From Ignicoccus pacificus DSM 13166 (GTDB taxonomy: Archaea; Thermoproteota; Thermoprotei_A; Sulfolobales; Ignicoccaceae): DNA of 32,000 nt. Of the stretch, positions 9,984 through 17,831 are shown piece by piece. The number at the start of each line of letters is the position of its first letter. The first letter of the stretch is position 1. The notes beneath the pieces were generated by a model. That model had not been told where the DNA came from. It saw nothing but the letters and a program-made list of their open reading frames with translations, and ran no database searches. The translations under genes and the position numbers were made by a program. The stretch spans positions 990,001-1,022,000 of the forward strand of contig CP006868.1 in assembly GCA_025340205.1 (NCBI GenBank), in the 5' to 3' direction.

Positions 9984-10120
9984 TTCCGACCCCTTTTGTG
10001 TTCTCTCAGAGAGACATTAAATTCTTTGAGTAAGATAAGAGACGACTGGGAACGATATATTTATAGAGTATTTTTGAAAGTGAACGAAACTGCGGAACGT
10101 TGAGGGGCCTAAACGTGGTG

Positions 10121-10133
10121 TAAAATTTATTAG
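10121..10133 (+). promoter_or_regulatory. Putative TATA box for tRNA-Asn
   Basis: taaaatttattag about 25-35 bp upstream of the mature tRNA 5' end (10158). Confidence 0.6.
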
Positions 10134-10157
10134 GTAACTGTAGAGCCCATCCATGGT

Positions 10158-10233
10158 GCCGGGGTAGCTCAGCTGGTAGAGCGCCGGGCTGTTAACCCGG
10201 TGGCCGGAGGTTCGAGTCCTCCCCCCGGCGCCA
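10158..10233 (+). tRNA. trnN: tRNA-Asn (anticodon GTT), 3' CCA encoded
   Basis: Full cloverleaf: acceptor GCCGGGG/CCCCGGC, D arm GCTC/GAGC, anticodon stem CCGGG-CTGTTAA-CCCGG, T arm GGAGG-TTCGAGT-CCTCC, discriminator G10230, CCA 10231-10233. Confidence 0.97.
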
Positions 10234-10275
10234 TCCCTATCCTAAACTTTGGGGATGAGCAAGTCGCACGTCTCA

Positions 10276-10361
10276 GAGAGGTGAAGAGCCTCCACCGGCG
10301 GTGACCCCAAGGGTCAATGAAGTGAAGCTTCGGGAGTGTATGTTCACAGACTTCACCTCTT
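10276..10361. other. Structured intergenic segment, possible ncRNA or 5' leader element
   Basis: AGAGGTGAAG (10277-10286) pairs perfectly with CTTCACCTCT (10351-10360); inside are TGACCC-caa-GGGTCA (10302-10316) and GTGAA/TTCAC (10322-10326/10343-10347). Confidence 0.35.
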
Positions 10362-10406
10362 CGTTTAAATTCCCTCAAAGGCTTACAAATAGCTGGGTAG
10401 GATAGC

Positions 10407-10778
10407 GTGAGCGTCGAATCTCCACTTCGGAGGATTCTCAATGAAATGGTAAGAGTAGAGGGCGTAAACGCAGCTCTGGTCATATCAAAGGACGGCTTCG
10501 CCATAGACTTCGTGGTCTCCGGAGGAGCTGAGATAGATCCCGAGAGCATCGCAGCGATGTTAGTAACGATTCATGGAGCCGTGAAGAGGTTCGGAGAGGA
10601 GTTCAACCTAGGAAAGGTTGAGCTGGTGACTGCAGAGTATGAGAAGGGTAAGGTGCTGCTAGCTGACATAGAGGATGCCATTGTTGTACTGATTACCGAG
10701 AAGGACGCGTTGCTAGGAAGGGTAAGGTTCGAGCTAAAGAGGCAGAAGGACAGGATTCAAGCGGCCTTGGGAACCTAA
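10407..10778 (+). CDS. Roadblock/LC7 (MglB-like) domain protein
   Basis: LRRILNEMVRVEGVNAALVISKDGFAID...ESIAAMLVTIHGAVKRFGEEFNLGKVELVTAEYEKGKVLLADI...ITEKDALLGRVRFELKR is typical of the fold; the internal ATG is an alternative start. Confidence 0.85.
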   Translation: MSVESPLRRILNEMVRVEGVNAALVISKDGFAIDFVVSGGAEIDPESIAAMLVTIHGAVKRFGEEFNLGKVELVTAEYEKGKVLLADIEDAIVVLITEKDALLGRVRFELKRQKDRIQAALGT

Positions 10779-10825
10779 CGGAGAACGTTTAAAACACAAC
10801 CCGAACTCTCGCCGCTCGATCTATC

Positions 10826-11059
10826 ATGAGTGAGGACGAGGTCCTATCTCTCGAGGAGGTGGAGGAGACGACTCAGAGGAGCAGTAGCTCGGGCAGCTCG
10901 GCGCTCCAAGTTCAAGCGATTAAGGTCACGCTTGAGCTCTCCGAGCTTTGGGAGGAGTTGGTAGAGGGTAAGATCAGTTTGGAGGAGTTCAAGGAACTGA
11001 AGGAACAGTTACAGAGCGGTCTAGAGGAGACCAAAAAGAGGAGAAGAAGGCGCCAATGA
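10826..11059 (+). CDS. Hypothetical small acidic/coiled-coil protein with basic tail
   Basis: ATG start, 77 codons, co-oriented after the Roadblock gene; heptad-like LELSELWEELVEGKISLEEFKELKEQLQSGLEETKKRRRRRQ. Confidence 0.65.
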   Translation: MSEDEVLSLEEVEETTQRSSSSGSSALQVQAIKVTLELSELWEELVEGKISLEEFKELKEQLQSGLEETKKRRRRRQ

Positions 11060-11098
11060 AGATGGGTGCAATCGCCGACTGATGAGGAGGATGGAACC

Positions 11099-12979
11099 TC
11101 AGAGGCCTATCAGTTCGTCCACTCTTTGTTTGAACTCCTTCCACCAAGCTATACCCTCTCCTCTCCTGAACTTTTCTGCCCACTCACTTCCCATGTTTTC
11201 TGCCATAGTTGCTACTAAGTCATAGGTCTTTTTGGTCTCCCAAGGTACAGGTTCAGCTCCAGCCTTCTTGTTGTAGATCGCTATTTCCTTGTATATCGAT
11301 CTAGCGTATTCCTCGTCCACCGGACTTTCGTAGACCTCCTCGTACATCTTGGGGAGGAGCTTCTCAGCCCATCTCCTGTGGAATCTGCATATACCCGAAT
11401 TATCGATTAACAGCTCCTTTATCGCCCTTCTAAATGAGCTTTCGGCGAAGCTCTTGGGATCTGCAAAGGTGGGAGTGTAGTTGGTCCAGTACCTTCCCAA
11501 GACGTAGAGTGGGGCAACCATGCCAGGGGCCCAGTAGAGGTTGGGGGTAATGTATCCCTTCTCACCAAAGGCAACGTAAATCGCTAAGTCCTCAAACTTT
11601 AAACCAGCGCTCTTAACCCTCTTCTCGTACCTCTTATCGAACTCCTTTGCAGCCAACCTTATACCTTTATTTGCAATAGCGTCTATTATCTCACTTCCTC
11701 CTTTAATCAGCTGTTCCAGTATGGACTTCGCTATTTCATAGTTCTTCTCGCTGTCTTCCAAGGGATTGAACTTGGTAGGGTCTAAGTTCGGGATATCATT
11801 CACGTTTATCTCTTCTGGCTTAAGCAGTCCTCTCCTCAAGAGCTCGAAGACCCAAGATATTTCGTGACCGACCTCTATGGCATCCATTCCAGCCCTATCG
11901 ACTACCTCTATTAGCTCTCTTGCGAATTCGAGGTCGAATATCCCGAGCAAGGTGCCCAAGGCGTTGGCGGGCTCGTAATCTATCTTTGTGCCTCTCCAAA
12001 CCTTCTTGCAAGCTGCCGGACAAGGCTCGCCACAAGTGCCCCATTGCCTTCTAGCTATAGTCTCCTCTTGGAAGGGTTTCCAGAAGTACTTCAAAGCCAT
12101 GTTGGAAAGGGTTATCCTTACATCTTCGGGATAGTACATAGTGTTGAACGCTAACATAGGGATGAGGTCCCTATAGTGAACGTAGTTTACTCCAAAGGTC
12201 CCTCCAGTCCCTAACTTGGGATCATATCTGTACTTAGTTGTGGCCTCTAGTACGGCCCTCACGTAGGGCTTGTTCAAGAGTTCGTTTGCTAACCTCTCCG
12301 GCAGCTCGGGAGAAATTTCCGGAGGCTCGTAATTGCCTATGCCGTAGATCGCTAATACGCCGTGTGCTTGAGCCATGACGCTTCCGGGCCCCCCTCTCCC
12401 GAAGAGGTCTACTGACCAAGGGGTGGGGTGTCCGTGGGCTAGACCCAAGCTCACTAACGAGGCGGTAGGAGATCTCAGAGCGAAGGGACCTACCGCTATT
12501 CCCCTACCAGGACCATATGTATCGTATAAGTACCTGCTTATAGCGTAGGTTCCCCAAAGCATAGAATAATTGAACACCTCGGAAGGATCGACGTTAACTA
12601 TCTTGACGTCGTGAACGCCTTCAGTATCTCCTTCGATGACTATAACGGAAGGCTTTCCCTTACCCTTTAGGGCTATTAATGAGGTTCCAGAGCGAACGAA
12701 GTCGAAGCCAACCCCTCCAGCAGCCGAAACGTGGAGTCCGTAGGTCATGGGGCTTCTGAAGACGGCAGTCATTCTGTTGGTTCCGTAGAAGGGGGATCGA
12801 GCGAAGGGCCCGAGTCCTATGACTAGGAGGTTGTTCTCGAGAGGCTCTCCCTTGAAGGTTTCATACTTCTTGTGGAGCTTAACTCCTGCCTCAATTATAC
12901 CCTTCGCACTAATGTCTAGCTTTTCCCAGTTACCTTCGTCTAGGTCTATTAGGATAGGGTTCCACGGCCAGCTTCTCAA
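11099..12979 (-). CDS. aor: Aldehyde:ferredoxin oxidoreductase family tungstoenzyme
   Basis: AOR family N-terminus (NLLVIGLGPFARSPFYGTNRMTAVFRSPMTYGLHVSAAGG), cluster-type motif CGEPCPAAC, YEPANALGTLLGIFD, late Cys (DNSGICRFHRRW). Substrate subtype not assigned. Confidence 0.9.
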   Translation of the reverse strand: MRSWPWNPILIDLDEGNWEKLDISAKGIIEAGVKLHKKYETFKGEPLENNLLVIGLGPFARSPFYGTNRMTAVFRSPMTYGLHVSAAGGVGFDFVRSGTSLIALKGKGKPSVIVIEGDTEGVHDVKIVNVDPSEVFNYSMLWGTYAISRYLYDTYGPGRGIAVGPFALRSPTASLVSLGLAHGHPTPWSVDLFGRGGPGSVMAQAHGVLAIYGIGNYEPPEISPELPERLANELLNKPYVRAVLEATTKYRYDPKLGTGGTFGVNYVHYRDLIPMLAFNTMYYPEDVRITLSNMALKYFWKPFQEETIARRQWGTCGEPCPAACKKVWRGTKIDYEPANALGTLLGIFDLEFARELIEVVDRAGMDAIEVGHEISWVFELLRRGLLKPEEINVNDIPNLDPTKFNPLEDSEKNYEIAKSILEQLIKGGSEIIDAIANKGIRLAAKEFDKRYEKRVKSAGLKFEDLAIYVAFGEKGYITPNLYWAPGMVAPLYVLGRYWTNYTPTFADPKSFAESSFRRAIKELLIDNSGICRFHRRWAEKLLPKMYEEVYESPVDEEYARSIYKEIAIYNKKAGAEPVPWETKKTYDLVATMAENMGSEWAEKFRRGEGIAWWKEFKQRVDELIGL

Positions 12980-13039
12980 TGCGTTAACCCATGCTGTTAA
13001 TTTAGAAAAGCGGACTTAATGTTGAGGGGACGCAAGGGT

Positions 13040-15430
13040 TCATTGGATGTTGTGTAATGCGTAGAAGTCCTTCTGGAACCCTCCGAGGTCCGGGAGCTCT
13101 ACGCCGTTCTCCTTGAGCTCTTGGAGAGTTATCGGCTCCCTTAGCTTTCTCTTTAGTACCTCCTTCTTCACCTTCCATACAGCCGAGTTCAGTTCCATTA
13201 TCTTTCTCCCCATCTCCAATTCCTTCTCGAACTTCCACTCCTCCTTAGGCTTTGGCAACTCTTGTGCGTGTATACTCTCTTTCGAGTACAGCTGTCTCCA
13301 TATGTAATCAGTTATCGCTGGGGCTATCGGCGCTAGCATTAAGAGCACGTTCTTCAGCGATTGGTGTAAGGCGTACCAAGCGCCCTTGGCCTCCTCCTCA
13401 TTGAACCTCTCATCCATTAGTCTCGCCCTCTTCTTGCTGAGCTCGATGTAGTGAGAGGCTAACTTGTCCCAGACGAAGTGGTATATCTCCTCGGCGGCTT
13501 GATGGAAATCCATTTCCTCATAGGCTTTTCTTACCTTCTCTATGGTCTCATTGAGCTCGGCCAAGATCCACTTGTCGGAATCGCTGAGATCGGCTTCCTC
13601 AACGATCGGGAAGGCACTTATGTATCTAGCGACGTTCAGCAGCTTTGTTAAGAACTTGTGAGCACCTCTTATCTTGTTCTCTATAACCCTGTAGTTCTCT
13701 CCCGGCTTTACCTCTAGGGCTATCCAGAACCTCGTTGCATCCGCCCCGTACTTGTCCAATATCTCCTCGGGCTTTATCACGTTGCCGTATCTCTTACTCA
13801 TCTTCCTTCCTTTTTCGTCAAGGCCCATTCCATTGATGAACACCCAGTCGAATGCCCTCTTTTCGGTTAGCTGGTGAACCCTCAGCAAGGAGTAGTATAG
13901 CCAAGTCCTTATGATGTCGTATCCTTGAGGCCTTAGCTTGGTTCCCTTGAGGAAGGTCTCTTCCCAGAACCTCTGATCCCTCATGTACCTCGTTATGTAG
14001 AGCACTGTTACCGATGAGTCCATCCAAGTATCGAACACTCTGGTTTCTCCTTCCCATTCGTTGGCGCCACACTTGGGACACTTGTCGATGGGAGGGTTCT
14101 CCTTCCACGGCCTGTAGTACTTGCCGGGAGGAGGTACGTACTTGTAACCGCACTTCTTGCACGTCCATACGGGTATTTCAGTAGCATAGAATCTTCTTCT
14201 GGAGATGGGCCAGTCCATAGAGACCGAGTCTATCCATTGCAGTAGATTTACCTTGTACCTCTCCGGTTGCCACTTCATCTCGTTCGCGTACTTCCTAAGC
14301 ACGTCCTTGAACTCAAGTTGCTTTAAGTAATACTCTTTCATTGGAATTATTTCTATCTCAGTTTCGCATCTCTCGTGTACGGGGACCTTGTGAACGATAT
14401 TTTCAACTTTGACAACAAGACCTTGTTCCTTTAATATTTCTATTATCTTCTTCTTGGCTTCCTTCACCTTTAATCCAGCTATCGGTCCGGCACATTCCGT
14501 CATCCTCCCGTTTTCGTCTATTGCCTTAATCGGCTTGAGCCTCAGCTCTCTGAAGAGTTGCACGTCCCTCCAGTCTCCGAAGGAACAGACCATCATGGCT
14601 CCGGTACCGAAGTTGGGATCCGCGAGCTTGTGAGGGATTATCGGAACCTCCCTATTGTAGAGAGGTATTATAGCATGTTTTCCATGGAGGTGTTTATATC
14701 TTTCGTCTTCTGGATGGACTATCACGGCTTGACAAGCGCAGAGTAGTTCCGGCCTCGTCGTTGCTATTATTAAGTCCTCCCCGGTTTCCTTCACCTTGAA
14801 CTTAATGTAGGCTAGGATGCCAGGCCTTTCCTTGTACTCGACCTCAGCATCTGCTATTGTGGTCCTACACTTGGGACACCAGTTGTTGGGCCTTTCCGCC
14901 TCATAGACTAATCCCTTCTTCCAAGCCTCTATAAAGGTAGCTTGGGTGAAGGCCCTGTACTCCGGGGAATCGGTAAGGTAAGGATGATCTATGTCTGCAG
15001 CTATGAGTAGCCTTTTGAGAACCTTCTTCATGTTCTCTACGAACTCGTCTAGCGCCTTTCTGCAGGCTTCCAAGAACTTCTCCCTATCGGTCTTCCAAGG
15101 AGTCAAACCCAGGTACTTCTCCACGTAAAGCTCTATGGGAAGTCCGTTTCTATCGAAGCCTATGGGATAAAGAACTTCATAGCCCAACATTCTCATCGCT
15201 CTTGCTATCATGTCGTGCAAGGAATAGCTCACCGCGGCTCCTATGTGCCATAGAGGAGCTGGGTATGGCGGAGGGGTATCTATTACGAACTTAGGCTTTG
15301 GAGAGTCTACGTTGAACCTCCACCAGTCCTCCTTCTCCCACCAGCTCCTTACCTCATCCTCTATCTTGAAGTCCCACCTCTTCAGTTCTATCTTAGGGTT
15401 GAAGTCCAATGGTCTGGTCCCCGCTATCAC
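13040..15430 (-). CDS. valS: Valyl-tRNA synthetase (class Ia aaRS)
   Basis: FVIDTPPPYPAPLWHIGA (HIGH-region), DSVSMDWPISRRRFYATEIPVW, DTWMDSSVT, GRKMSKRYGNVIKPEEILDKYGADATRFW, zinc-ribbon like CKKCGYKY...CPKCG. Confidence 0.88.
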   Translation of the reverse strand: MIAGTRPLDFNPKIELKRWDFKIEDEVRSWWEKEDWWRFNVDSPKPKFVIDTPPPYPAPLWHIGAAVSYSLHDMIARAMRMLGYEVLYPIGFDRNGLPIELYVEKYLGLTPWKTDREKFLEACRKALDEFVENMKKVLKRLLIAADIDHPYLTDSPEYRAFTQATFIEAWKKGLVYEAERPNNWCPKCRTTIADAEVEYKERPGILAYIKFKVKETGEDLIIATTRPELLCACQAVIVHPEDERYKHLHGKHAIIPLYNREVPIIPHKLADPNFGTGAMMVCSFGDWRDVQLFRELRLKPIKAIDENGRMTECAGPIAGLKVKEAKKKIIEILKEQGLVVKVENIVHKVPVHERCETEIEIIPMKEYYLKQLEFKDVLRKYANEMKWQPERYKVNLLQWIDSVSMDWPISRRRFYATEIPVWTCKKCGYKYVPPPGKYYRPWKENPPIDKCPKCGANEWEGETRVFDTWMDSSVTVLYITRYMRDQRFWEETFLKGTKLRPQGYDIIRTWLYYSLLRVHQLTEKRAFDWVFINGMGLDEKGRKMSKRYGNVIKPEEILDKYGADATRFWIALEVKPGENYRVIENKIRGAHKFLTKLLNVARYISAFPIVEEADLSDSDKWILAELNETIEKVRKAYEEMDFHQAAEEIYHFVWDKLASHYIELSKKRARLMDERFNEEEAKGAWYALHQSLKNVLLMLAPIAPAITDYIWRQLYSKESIHAQELPKPKEEWKFEKELEMGRKIMELNSAVWKVKKEVLKRKLREPITLQELKENGVELPDLGGFQKDFYALHNIQ

Positions 15431-15445
15431 GGGGCCGGATGGCTT

Positions 15446-15967
15446 TTAGAAGGTCAAGGAGACAGTAACTATGAGATCCTTTAGGAGATCGAGATCCTTG
15501 TTTCTCTTGGCTACAGCAGCTAGCGCTAACGCGAAGAGGGACTTTATTGCAACTTCCGGATAGACTTCGCTTAATGCATTAACTAACGATTTGTAACATA
15601 TTTTGTGAGTTACCACGCTTTCCTTTATGGTTTTGAACAACTCATCGTAAAGAGGAAGTAAGGATTCGTCGAACGGCTTTGAGAGATCAAACCTCTTGGC
15701 CAACGCCTTGAGTATCGGTTCGAACGAGGATATGAGCGTAGCGAACAGCTTCCTCCTTTCCATTTCACCTTTTTGAGAAAGCGAGTACTTATTAGGAGAA
15801 ATCTCATGAATGAGACCGCTCTTAATCAAACCTCTTAGCGACCTAATCAAAGAGCTTCTGGACATCGGAATGGGGAACACACCCTCGGAACAACCGTCCG
15901 CTATCTTGAGGAGCTCATCGAGATTCTTGGGAGTCCCTAGCTCTATCAATAGGATATTCTTTGGCAC
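15446..15967 (-). CDS. Winged-helix DNA-binding protein, PadR/ArsR-like
   Basis: ORF track begins at 16093, but a clear TATA on the reverse strand at 16003-16012 lies inside it, favouring GTG 15967 (VPKNILLIELGTPKNLDELLKIADGCSEG...SRSSLIRSLRGLIKSGLIHEISPNKYSLSQKGE). Confidence 0.7.
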   Translation of the reverse strand: MPKNILLIELGTPKNLDELLKIADGCSEGVFPIPMSRSSLIRSLRGLIKSGLIHEISPNKYSLSQKGEMERRKLFATLISSFEPILKALAKRFDLSKPFDESLLPLYDELFKTIKESVVTHKICYKSLVNALSEVYPEVAIKSLFALALAAVAKRNKDLDLLKDLIVTVSLTF

Positions 15968-16002
15968 ATTACCAGCCTCTTTGGTTCTAATACTCGAAAG
16001 GG

Positions 16003-16012
16003 ATATATAATA
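16003..16012 (-). promoter_or_regulatory. Putative TATA box for the winged-helix gene
   Basis: Reverse strand ttattatatat about 35-40 bp upstream of GTG 15967. Confidence 0.55.
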
Positions 16013-16018
16013 AAGGCC

Positions 16019-16083
16019 TTGACTTTGTAGCAGAAAGTTCCCCTGAATTTTAGGAGAAAATAAGGTATGTAGGACAAAGTCAA
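16019..16083. repeat. 9-bp perfect inverted repeat TTGACTTTG...CAAAGTCAA
   Basis: TTGACTTTG 16019-16027 and CAAAGTCAA 16075-16083, 47-nt spacer, directly upstream of the TATA box above. Confidence 0.6.
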
Positions 16084-16189
16084 GTACATTCAAAGATCGT
16101 TGATTCCGTCAAGGTATTCGACGTCAAATATGACTGAACAGAGGATAGAATTAATTGACTGTTTAGTTAAAGGCGTTAACCAAATCGCT

Positions 16190-16402
16190 TCACCTATATT
16201 CCTTACTTAAAGAATAGCACCCCTCTCCCTTTACCAATATACCCTTTTGGATGAGGCTTTCGAGGACCCTTGTAGGCCTCTCTATCCCCTTCATCCTCAA
16301 GTCTCTTAATATTATCAAGTCCCCTACGGACTTGTATGTTAAGAAGTACTTTACTACAATCTTCTCTTCAGGGGTCAGCTTATTCCAAGGTATCTGCTTC
16401 AT
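16190..16402 (-). CDS. Small winged-helix-like protein
   Basis: MKQIPWNKLTPEEKIVVKYFLTYKSVGDLIILRDLRMKGIERPTRVLESLIQKGILVKGEGCYSLSKEYR; SD-like ggagggg just before ATG 16402. Confidence 0.7.
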   Translation of the reverse strand: MKQIPWNKLTPEEKIVVKYFLTYKSVGDLIILRDLRMKGIERPTRVLESLIQKGILVKGEGCYSLSKEYR

Positions 16403-16432
16403 ACCCCTCCACCCCACGAGGCCTCTAGGGAG

Positions 16433-16563
16433 CTCGGATGAAATTAAACCGATGAGGAGATGGCCCGGGTCGTGAGGGATGAACTAAACCTTTGGCCCCC
16501 CTATCCGAGGTCGGTTGCAGGTGAGGTCCGCTCACCCTTTCGCCCGGCCTAGCGGTCCTCATC
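16433..16563. other. Intergenic segment with nested inverted and direct repeats, possible structured RNA
   Basis: CTCGGAT 16433-16439 / ATCCGAG 16503-16509; GATGAGGA 16451-16458 / TCCTCATC 16556-16563; GAGGTCCGCT 16523-16532 / AGCGGTCCTC 16551-16560 (9/10); GGTGAG 16520-16525 / CTCACC 16531-16536. Confidence 0.35.
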
Positions 16564-17077
16564 CCTTCGCTATCTTCAGTATCTCTGGCATCCTCTTTAT
16601 TAGGTCTGGGAACTCCCTCCAAGTCTTCACGCTTACTACGTTTCCGTCAATAACTACCGGCTCATCGACTACCTCCGCTCCGGCGTTTCTCAAGTCGTCC
16701 CATATTCCCTGAGATCCCGTGATCCTCCTCCCTTTCGCTACCCCAGCGCTGATGAGTACCCAACCTCCATGGCAGATACTTAAGACAAGCTTGCCCTTCT
16801 CAACCATTTCCTTTACGAACCTCTTCACGTTAGGATCTCTCCTGACCTTATCTGGAGCGTAGCCTCCGGCGATTATCACCGCATCGTAATCATCGGAGCT
16901 GAGCTCGGAGAACTTCTTATTGGGAACGAGCTCTAACTTCACCCCTCTTTTTCCAACTACTGGTTCCTTTTCGAAGGAGGCTATGTCTACTTCAAAATCG
17001 TGCGCCTTGAATAAGGAGTAAGGAACTATTACCTCGTATTCATCAACCATTGGACCAACTAAGATAACGGCCTTCAA
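16559..17077 (-). CDS. pfpI: DJ-1/PfpI family protein (class I glutamine amidotransferase-like)
   Basis: YDAVIIAGGYAPDKVRRD and nucleophile elbow LSICHGGWVLISAGVAKGRRIT. Confidence 0.93.
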   Translation of the reverse strand: MKAVILVGPMVDEYEVIVPYSLFKAHDFEVDIASFEKEPVVGKRGVKLELVPNKKFSELSSDDYDAVIIAGGYAPDKVRRDPNVKRFVKEMVEKGKLVLSICHGGWVLISAGVAKGRRITGSQGIWDDLRNAGAEVVDEPVVIDGNVVSVKTWREFPDLIKRMPEILKIAKG

Positions 17078-17225
17078 GCGCTCACCCTCGTAAGTCTTGA
17101 GGCGTAGTTATTGAGATGAGAGCTTAAGACTACGTCCTTTGGAACGATGGTAAGGGTATGAGGACGCTCGGAAGGGGAGAACAGATGATCGCGAACCCGG
17201 ACCCGACCCCTTGAGGTGAGAAAAC

Positions 17226-17492
17226 ATGTGGTCCAGAAGGGAAATGGATGCCTTGGTTCAAGCTACTGACAAGGCCCTTAGGAGCTTGAGGAGCAGGATA
17301 GGTAACTACAAGTTAGAGAAGCTCAAGGTGCATAGGAGCGAGCTACGCCTTATAGTCATCGTATGGAACGCATACGAAAAGAGAAGGGTCGTGGTGAAAT
17401 ACGATGGGAGCAACGTCTGGGTGGAGGCTCCAAAACACATAGCTATGCCTCTGAAAAACAAGATCATTTACTTTCTTCAATCGCAGCGCTAA
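17226..17492 (+). CDS. Hypothetical protein
   Basis: 88-codon ORF with SD gaggtga about 8 nt before ATG 17226. Confidence 0.65.
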   Translation: MWSRREMDALVQATDKALRSLRSRIGNYKLEKLKVHRSELRLIVIVWNAYEKRRVVVKYDGSNVWVEAPKHIAMPLKNKIIYFLQSQR

Positions 17493-17826
17493 GGATCATT
17501 ATCATCGAAGCTACGAAAGCTATGTCATAGAAGACAGATATATAGAATCTGTACATAAAATTGATCGCCACTAAAACTAGGCCTAATAAAACGTATGCTT
17601 TGATTGTACCCGCTTCTTTCATCAAAAAGGATCCGAGCGCTCCCATTATAGTGTAATAAAAAGCCCTGGAAAATACCGCTCCAAAGAACCCTCTCCAAGC
17701 ATAGGGTGTCCCCCAATAAGCTATCAAGAAGTACGTTCCTACACCAAAGCCTATTGGTAGGGAAACCAGAAACGGTATGAACAAGCGCTCCAATCCCCTG
17801 AGTGGGACTTCAGATGACTGCTCCAT
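17464..17826 (-). CDS. Hypothetical small membrane protein (about 4 TM segments)
   Basis: Strongly hydrophobic 120-codon ORF; 29-nt convergent overlap with the previous ORF. Confidence 0.7.
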   Translation of the reverse strand: MEQSSEVPLRGLERLFIPFLVSLPIGFGVGTYFLIAYWGTPYAWRGFFGAVFSRAFYYTIMGALGSFLMKEAGTIKAYVLLGLVLVAINFMYRFYISVFYDIAFVASMIMILSAAIEESK

Positions 17827-17831
17827 CGCCG

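Noticed and set aside
10169-10549. Reverse-strand ORF across tRNA-Asn and the 10240-10406 gap
   Set aside because: It reads through the tRNA gene and the start of the Roadblock gene antisense; translation shows no family features.
13818-14168. ORF on the strand opposite valS (and similar shadow ORFs such as 2804-3157 -, 8949-9437 -, 5509-6000 +, 12234-12419 +, 18260-18502 -, 20099-20524 -, 27620-27937 +, 31370-31612 -)
   Set aside because: They lie entirely antisense to strongly supported genes, have low-complexity or serine/proline/arginine-rich compositions, and are expected by-products of biased codon usage.
15968-16093. N-terminal extension of the winged-helix ORF
   Set aside because: It contains the strongest TATA box in the region, so the start is more likely GTG 15967.
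16130-16210. 26-codon ORF MTEQRIELIDCLVKGVNQIASPIFLT on the + strand
   Set aside because: Very short, no SD or clear promoter, and it ends inside the opposing gene; cannot be supported from the sequence alone.
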